A DNA stretch of 32,000 nt from Corynebacterium amycolatum. GTDB lineage: Bacteria; Actinomycetota; Actinomycetes; Mycobacteriales; Mycobacteriaceae. Under the pieces are notes generated by a model that saw only the letters and a list, made by a program, of their open reading frames with translations, searched no databases and had not been told where the DNA came from. Shown here piece after piece: positions 26,290 through 32,000 of the stretch (positions are counted from its first letter, which is position 1; each line of letters opens with the position of its first letter). The translations under genes were made by a program, and so were the position numbers. The stretch is from assembly GCF_049243625.1 (NCBI RefSeq), contig NZ_CP046975.1; one strand, 5' to 3'.

Positions 26290-28392
26290 TTACTCCTTGC
26301 GCTTCTTGTTCTGGTAGACGATTGCGCCTGCGATGCCGATAAACACGGCGACCACTGCCACAATGGTGCCAATGACCAGCGGGCTCATACCCTCGTCCTC
26401 CATGTCCGACGAGGATGCGGATGCCTGAGAATCCGTATCCGGGGAGTCAGATTCCTTCGACGCATCTTCCGAAGATTCCTTCGACGAATCCTTTTCCGAC
26501 TCTCCCTTGGCCAGAATCGGCTTATCGGATGAAGTCGGGCCGTTCTTGTCGGTCGGTCGCCAGTCAGGCCCCTTAGTTGGCTTGTTGTCCAGGAGGAATG
26601 CGAGCTGGAACGGCTGATCGATACCACTGACCTCTTCATCCGGGCGATAGTTAGCCATTCGGACAGTCGCGTAGTAATAGCCGGCGTTGGCTATAGATTG
26701 TCCGCCAACATTGGTACTTCGGTTGTTGTATTCGACCGGACGATCTGTTGACAAATTCAGATCCTCGGAATCCTGATAAAAGTGCATTGTTCCATCCGCC
26801 ACGGAAACCTCGAATGGATTCAACAGAGCAACTCCCATGGAATCGGCATTATCGCGCTCCGAATTTCCAGTACGGGCAGCAATCACTGGTCGCTGACCCC
26901 ACTCGACGGGGATCTTGTAGAACTTCTGCTCACCGGGAACGATTGTGTCGGAGATAGTGTCCCCAGACTTGACTTCCGGGGCTTGAGCTGCGTTATTGCC
27001 ACCGCTTACAGGCTTGGCTTCCCCAAAAGTGGCCTTCTTGTAGGCTTTGTCGCCGGAGGAAGACCGCCCTTCATTTAGCTTGTCAGCATCCTGCTTCTTC
27101 AGCACTGGCTCAAACTGAACGCTAACCTCGACCTTCACGGGTTCATCACGATAATCTGCTACTGATTCACTGTCATAGACCCACACGTTGTTTGCGACGA
27201 GCCACTTGGTTTGATCACAACTGGATTCTATGCGGTCGCTATCCCATTCAAGAATGCTTGCATCAGCCGAAGTTGGAGTCCACGAATCGGCACTAGCTTC
27301 GGCGCCTGTCAGCGACCTCATGCGACCGTCGTCCTGGCATTTTCCGCCGGTTTCATTGATGATTTCGTCAACTTCAGTTCGGACATCCTGCTGCCCCTTA
27401 CCCTCAGCATCGATATTCGCCAACACCTTTGAGGTAACAATCGCGTTGTGCCCCTTCGGCACTGCGATTCGGTAGTAGAGCGGGGTGCGATCGTGCTGGG
27501 CGACCTCTGGCACCAGCGTCGTTTGGTACTTGCCCTCGCCGAGCCACTTCGCGCCTTCTTTAGTCTCGGAGAACTCGAACGGAGTGCCCGTGGTTTCGTA
27601 GCCCTGCACTGACCGCTGAGCCAAGAACTTCATGTGGTCTGCCAGCTGGGTGGCATCATCAGCAGTCATGCTTTGACCGCCAGTTGCCTGCGCAACACAC
27701 TCAAGCTCAGCGCGAGCTTCTTCATCAACCTTGAAGCCCACGGTGTGAATGGTCAGGCCAACGCCCTGCCCCGCCAGTTCTTTCGCAACCTCACACACCG
27801 GTGGCGGTGCGCAGGTGTCAATTCCATCGGAAACCAAGATGATTGATCGCTCACCGTCTGAACCAAGCTCATCAGCCGCCTTACGCAGTGCATTGCCAAT
27901 CGGCGTGTAGCCCTGAGCTTTCAACCCGGCAATCCTGCTCTTCAGGCCTTCTTTGTCGACCTTTTGAACCGGCGACAGCACCTCGATGTCCTGGCAACCT
28001 CGCTCGCGGTTGGATTCATCGCTGGATTCGCGCTGGCCATAAACCAGCATGCCAAGTAGCGCATCATCCGGGAGGGAGTCAATCAGCTCCGTGGATGCGC
28101 GCTTTGCCGCATCGAGGCGGGTGCCTCCGGCATCGTCGGCAAGCATCGAGCCTGACAGATCCATGATTAGCTCTGCTTTTGCTTCGCCCGTGCCCCCTTC
28201 GCCCGTAGGAGCGGGCTGTTCCACCCCGGACGGTGGCGGCGTATCTTGAGCTGCCGCCACAGGAGCCGGGATTGCGCTAAACCCGATCGTCCACGCCGCC
28301 AACAACAGCGTGACGACGATGGCTACCCTTAGGCGCTTTGAACTACTTGACGAAAAACTATCTTTAAAAAAGTCTTGAACTACCACCATCAC
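26290..28392 (-). CDS. Secreted, C-terminally membrane-anchored von Willebrand factor A (VWA) domain protein
   Basis: It has a signal peptide (...APVAAAQD) and a VWA domain with MIDAS DLSGSM, GYTPIGNAL and ILVSDGIDT. Two similar beta-sandwich-like segments follow, then a Ser/Asp/Glu/Lys-rich linker, one TM helix and a KKRKE tail. It has 6 Cys. The start is ATG 28389 (GAGG 7 nt upstream) or GTG 28392. Confidence 0.85.
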   Translation of the reverse strand: MMVVVQDFFKDSFSSSSSKRLRVAIVVTLLLAAWTIGFSAIPAPVAAAQDTPPPSGVEQPAPTGEGGTGEAKAELIMDLSGSMLADDAGGTRLDAAKRASTELIDSLPDDALLGMLVYGQRESSDESNRERGCQDIEVLSPVQKVDKEGLKSRIAGLKAQGYTPIGNALRKAADELGSDGERSIILVSDGIDTCAPPPVCEVAKELAGQGVGLTIHTVGFKVDEEARAELECVAQATGGQSMTADDATQLADHMKFLAQRSVQGYETTGTPFEFSETKEGAKWLGEGKYQTTLVPEVAQHDRTPLYYRIAVPKGHNAIVTSKVLANIDAEGKGQQDVRTEVDEIINETGGKCQDDGRMRSLTGAEASADSWTPTSADASILEWDSDRIESSCDQTKWLVANNVWVYDSESVADYRDEPVKVEVSVQFEPVLKKQDADKLNEGRSSSGDKAYKKATFGEAKPVSGGNNAAQAPEVKSGDTISDTIVPGEQKFYKIPVEWGQRPVIAARTGNSERDNADSMGVALLNPFEVSVADGTMHFYQDSEDLNLSTDRPVEYNNRSTNVGGQSIANAGYYYATVRMANYRPDEEVSGIDQPFQLAFLLDNKPTKGPDWRPTDKNGPTSSDKPILAKGESEKDSSKESSEDASKESDSPDTDSQASASSSDMEDEGMSPLVIGTIVAVVAVFIGIAGAIVYQNKKRKE

Positions 28393-28449
28393 AGCACCTC
28401 AAACTGTTTTCCCAACTACAAAAACCAATCGTGTTGGTAGTTTTTCACA

Positions 28450-28463
28450 GTGACCCCGGTCAC
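28450..28463. promoter_or_regulatory. Inverted repeat GTGACC-cc-GGTCAC upstream of the VWA gene (candidate operator)
   Basis: The perfect 6-bp arms lie about 60 nt upstream of the VWA start, between the ilvE terminator and the VWA SD. Confidence 0.25.
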
Positions 28464-28552
28464 GCTAGAGGTATTTTTAATGGCTAAACAAATGCCCTCT
28501 GAACAATTCATGAACCATGAGAAAACCGCACAGCTGTTGGGGAACCAGCGAA

Positions 28553-28596
28553 GCAAAAACGCAGCCCCTGACCAGCAAATACTAATCAGGGGCTGC
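28553..28596 (-). terminator. Rho-independent terminator of ilvE
   Basis: On the minus strand GCAGCCCCUGA pairs with UCAGGGGCUGC, a perfect 11-bp stem with a 14-nt loop, followed by GUUUUUGCUU. Confidence 0.8.
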
Positions 28597-28653
28597 GAAA
28601 GTACTAATTCTCGTAACAACTATTAAATTATCTTTTCCGACTTACGCCGAAAC

Positions 28654-29769
28654 TTAAGCCTCAACGAGCTTGTGAATCCAACCGTGGGTGTCCTCAACCT
28701 CACCGTGCTGAATACCAGTCAGACGCTCGCGCAGCTTCATAGTCCACTCACCAGTGTTGCCGTTATTAATCTCAAACTCACCCTCAGCGGACTTCACAAA
28801 ACCGACCGGGGTGATGACGGCAGCGGTACCACAGGCGAATGCCTCGCTCATGACACCGGAAGTGGCATCATTCTTCCACTCCTCGGTGGAAATGCGACGC
28901 TCCTCGACATTCATGCCCAGATCCTGAGCAGCCTGCAGCAACGATGCCCGGGTAATGCCCGGCAGTAGCGAACCGGACAGCTCTGGAGTCACCAGGCGAA
29001 CACCAGCGTCAGCGGTCTTATCCGGGTAGATGAACGCCAGGTTCATGCCGCCCATCTCCTCGATGTACCTACGCTCGACAGCATCCAGCCACACAACCTG
29101 GTCGCAGCCCTTTTCCTCTGCCTGCTGCTGAGCCGCCAGCGAAGCTGCGTAGTTACCTGCGAACTTCGCAGCACCGGTGCCTCCCGGCGCGGCACGCACG
29201 TACTCGTGGGAGATCCACACGGTCACCGGGTTAATACCACCGGAGAAGTACGCGCCAGCAGGTGAAGCGATGAGCAGGAAGGTGTAAGAGTTCGACGGGT
29301 GCACACCCAGGGTGCTCTCAGTGGAGAACATGATTGGACGCAGGTACAGGGATTCTTCGCCACCAGCTGGCGGCACCCATGCCGCATCGGCCTCAACCAG
29401 CAGACGGATTGCCTCGAGAAAGGTCTCCTCCGGCAGCTGCGGCATCGCAATGCGGTCAGCGGAGCGCTGGAAACGACGAGCGTTCTGCTCCGGGCGGAAA
29501 GTAACAATGGAACCATCCGGCATGCGATACGCCTTCAGCCCCTCAAAAATCGACTGCCCGTAATGCAGGACCGAAGAAGACGGCTGCATTTCAATCGAAC
29601 CATATGCCTGCAGCTTGGCGTCGTGCCAGCCCTTGTCTGCAGTCCAGTCAATTCGGACCATGTGGTCGGTGAAGTGCTTACCAAAACCGGGGTTGGCCAG
29701 AATCTCCTCGCGCTCGACATCAGAGAGTGGATTCGGGTTACGTTCGATTGCAAATTCCAAAGCAGACAT
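28654..29769 (-). CDS. ilvE: Branched-chain amino acid aminotransferase
   Basis: It is collinear with C. glutamicum IlvE as I recall it ([14 protein letters not shown]..., [23 protein letters not shown]). I chose ATG 29769, which has AGGA 8 nt upstream, over the ORF-track start 29808. Confidence 0.9.
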   Translation of the reverse strand: MSALEFAIERNPNPLSDVEREEILANPGFGKHFTDHMVRIDWTADKGWHDAKLQAYGSIEMQPSSSVLHYGQSIFEGLKAYRMPDGSIVTFRPEQNARRFQRSADRIAMPQLPEETFLEAIRLLVEADAAWVPPAGGEESLYLRPIMFSTESTLGVHPSNSYTFLLIASPAGAYFSGGINPVTVWISHEYVRAAPGGTGAAKFAGNYAASLAAQQQAEEKGCDQVVWLDAVERRYIEEMGGMNLAFIYPDKTADAGVRLVTPELSGSLLPGITRASLLQAAQDLGMNVEERRISTEEWKNDATSGVMSEAFACGTAAVITPVGFVKSAEGEFEINNGNTGEWTMKLRERLTGIQHGEVEDTHGWIHKLVEA

Positions 29770-29990
29770 GTCTTTCATCCTAAACCGTCGAGGATCGAGT
29801 CGTATCAATACTCGCCCCGAAAGACCGTGTTAGTCAGGCTAATGTCAGCGTCGCGGGCACTAGGCGCGGGTACATTCCAATAGTCGTGGCGCTGTCTCGT
29901 CGGTCCGCTGTCCAGGGGTGAAGGACACGAACCGGCAAATAGGGATACGGTGGTGTACCACATAGTACGACTACAAGGAGATGCAACTAC

Positions 29991-31529
29991 ATGCCAGTCC
30001 CCGCTAACAATGATTCGACGCAGTTCGGCGCCTCTCGCAACGCCGCAATTTTGTCCAATTACCTGCCGGCTATCGGCACTCGCGTGGTCATCGCTGCCGA
30101 CAAGTCTCTGCCCGCGGACGCCGACGCGGTTCTCGTCGCGCTTATCGACGGCGAGGATGGCGTCGAGCTGGTCGCACCCGAGGCCATCGGTTCGGTTGCA
30201 GAGCAGCTGCTCGCCTCCTTTGAGGCAGTCTCCGCCAGTGCTAAGGCCGAGTCCGTGACCACCATTCCGGCCCCCGCTGGCCTGGATGTCGACAGTGTCA
30301 CGGGCGTTGGCGTGGGTTCTGAGGACCTGGATGCAGAGGATATCCGCCGTGCCTGCGGTGCCGCTGCCCGCCGTATGTCCAAGGCCAAGGTGGTCTTTAA
30401 CACTCTCGGCGCCATCGATCCGCAGGCTGCAGCCGAGGGCTTTGCACTGGGCGCTTACGCTTACTCCGGCCAGAAAAGCGCCGAAGAAAGCAACGAGGAC
30501 ACCCAGAAGGTGGTCGTGTTGGGCGCTGATGACGACGTCGTAAAGCGCGTTGCGGCGATTGTGGATGCCGTTGCCACCGCGCGTGACTTCGTCAATACAG
30601 CATCGTCGCACCTCTACCCCGAGACGTTTGCTGACGCTGCTGCAGCGCTGGGCCGTGACGCAGGGCTCGAGGTCGAGGTGCTTGACGACGACGCTCTGCG
30701 CGCCGGCGGTTTCGGAGGCCTCAATGCCGTGGGTGGCGGATCCTCGCGCGGGCCGCGCCTGGTGCGTCTGGTCTGGAAGGGCGATGAGTCGGCAGAGAAA
30801 TCGCTGGGGCTGGTCGGTAAGGGCATCACCTTTGATACCGGCGGTATTTCGCTGAAGCCGGGCGCCAGCATGGAGAACATGATTTCCGATATGGGCGGCG
30901 CTGCGGCAGTTATTGCCACAGTCGTCCTGGCTGCCCGTTTGGGTGTTTCCACCCCGGTGACCGCAACCGTTCCGATGGCAGAGAACATGCCGGGCGGTAA
31001 GGCGTACCGTCCGGGCGATGTCATTACGCAGTACGGCGGTAAGACCATTGAGATTCTGAACACCGACGCAGAGGGCCGTCTCGTACTCGCGGACGCCATT
31101 GTCCGCGCCTGCGAAGACAAGCCGACTCACCTGATTGACACCGCCACCCTGACCGGTGCGCAGCTGGTCGCTCTTGGCGAGCGCACCCCGGGTGTCCTGG
31201 GTAATGACGAGTTCCGTGACCGTGTTGCAGAGCTGTCTCAGAGCATTGGTGAAAATGGTTGGGCAATGCCGATTCCAGTTGAGCTAGCAGAGGCCTTGAA
31301 TTCTCCGGTCGCTGACCTGCGGAATGTCACGAACTCTCGCTTTGGCGGTATGAGCGTTGCAGCTGCATACCTGCGCGAATTCGTTGGTGAGGATGTTGAA
31401 TGGGTTCACATCGACGTTGCCGGTCCGGCCTTCAACACCACCGGGGAGTATGGTTATACCCCGAAGCGGGGCACTGGCGTTCCGGTTCGGACGATGTTCT
31501 CTGTGATTGAGGATTTGGCAACGAAGTAG
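29991..31529 (+). CDS. pepB: M17 leucyl aminopeptidase
   Basis: It has [16 protein letters not shown] and the [13 protein letters not shown] metal-site motifs. AAGGAG lies 12 nt upstream of the ATG. Confidence 0.9.
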   Translation: MPVPANNDSTQFGASRNAAILSNYLPAIGTRVVIAADKSLPADADAVLVALIDGEDGVELVAPEAIGSVAEQLLASFEAVSASAKAESVTTIPAPAGLDVDSVTGVGVGSEDLDAEDIRRACGAAARRMSKAKVVFNTLGAIDPQAAAEGFALGAYAYSGQKSAEESNEDTQKVVVLGADDDVVKRVAAIVDAVATARDFVNTASSHLYPETFADAAAALGRDAGLEVEVLDDDALRAGGFGGLNAVGGGSSRGPRLVRLVWKGDESAEKSLGLVGKGITFDTGGISLKPGASMENMISDMGGAAAVIATVVLAARLGVSTPVTATVPMAENMPGGKAYRPGDVITQYGGKTIEILNTDAEGRLVLADAIVRACEDKPTHLIDTATLTGAQLVALGERTPGVLGNDEFRDRVAELSQSIGENGWAMPIPVELAEALNSPVADLRNVTNSRFGGMSVAAAYLREFVGEDVEWVHIDVAGPAFNTTGEYGYTPKRGTGVPVRTMFSVIEDLATK

Positions 31530-31702
31530 CCGGTCATCCGACTGCGCCCCACCCGGCTGGAATCCTGGCTGAAATGAGCTATTCCACGCACCAGTCGAAA
31601 GCGGGCGCAGCCCACGGGGCAAGCAGAGTTTTCAACCTGTAAGCTAATTTGTAATAACCGTCTTAAAACGAGATTTCTTAACTTTTCGAGGAGTGCACAA
31701 AC

Positions 31703-32000
31703 ATGGCGACCTCTATTGAGATGCCGGAGCTCGGTGAATCAGTTACCGAAGGCACCATTACCACCTGGCTGAAGAAGGTCGGCGACACCGTCGAGGTCGA
31801 CGAGCCGTTGCTCGAGGTTTCCACCGACAAGGTCGACACCGAAATTCCATCTCCGGTCGCCGGTGTTCTCACCGAGATTCTCTTTGAAGAAGACGACACC
31901 GTCGATGTTGGCGAGGTCATCGCAAAGGTCGGCGAGCCGGGCGAAGAGCCGGAAGGCGCTGACGATTCCGCAGAGGAGACTGAGGAAGAGGCTCCGAAGG
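31703..32000 (+). CDS. sucB: Dihydrolipoamide acyltransferase E2 component, 5' partial (first lipoyl domain)
   Basis: My own translation from ATG 31703 is [56 protein letters not shown]..., which includes the lipoyl-lysine motif STDKV. GAGGAG lies upstream. The ORF runs off the window end, which is why it is missing from the ORF track. Confidence 0.85.
   Translation, partial: MATSIEMPELGESVTEGTITTWLKKVGDTVEVDEPLLEVSTDKVDTEIPSPVAGVLTEILFEEDDTVDVGEVIAKVGEPGEEPEGADDSAEETEEEAPK

Noticed and set aside
29805-31130. A 441-aa minus-strand ORF antisense to pepB that runs into the ilvE-pepB spacer.
   Set aside because: It is a shadow ORF. The pepB frame has the M17 metal-site motifs, and the antisense translation is a low-complexity G/A/R/D-rich sequence.
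31542-31610. An 8-bp long-range inverted repeat, CTGCGCCC/GGGCGCAG, between pepB and sucB.
   Set aside because: It has a 53-nt loop and no U-tract, so it is not a convincing terminator. I recognise no RNA family there, and the evidence is too weak to call a regulatory element.

Overview
The window is a high-GC actinobacterial core-chromosome segment. By protein similarity it looks like Corynebacterium (order Mycobacteriales). As far as I recall, gene order follows the M. tuberculosis Rv2178c-Rv2215 block. The minus strand carries aroG, an RNase AS-like exoribonuclease, plsC, glk, pimB' and two NlpC/P60 peptidoglycan hydrolases. Next come a DnaQ/GIY-YIG fusion nuclease (+) and trpD (-). The respiratory genes follow: ctaE-qcrCAB (+), an ABC-F ATPase (+) and ctaF-ctaC (-). 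The rest is asnB/ltsA (+), erpA-like (-), a DUF3043 gene with cobU-cobT-cobS (+), a 700-aa secreted VWA protein (-), ilvE (-), pepB (+) and the 5' end of sucB (+). I found no rRNA, tRNA, CRISPR array, IS element or prophage. Almost all coding content is ordinary housekeeping, and I see no clear multi-gene novel system. The points worth a second look are non-coding or single-gene. (1) A mini-ORF, MWCIWWAE, lies within competing hairpins in the trpD leader and is a candidate Trp attenuator. (2) A ydaO-type c-di-AMP riboswitch sits in front of the smaller NlpC/P60 gene, and a compound tandem terminator follows that gene. (3) An orphan promoter, structured RNA and terminator unit in the 580-bp cobS/VWA spacer is a candidate sRNA, next to a cluster of short repeats. 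(4) The VWA surface protein and (5) the ABC-F ATPase both appear to be insertions into otherwise conserved synteny. All calls come from reading the sequence and ORF translations by eye; no searches or folding programs were run.
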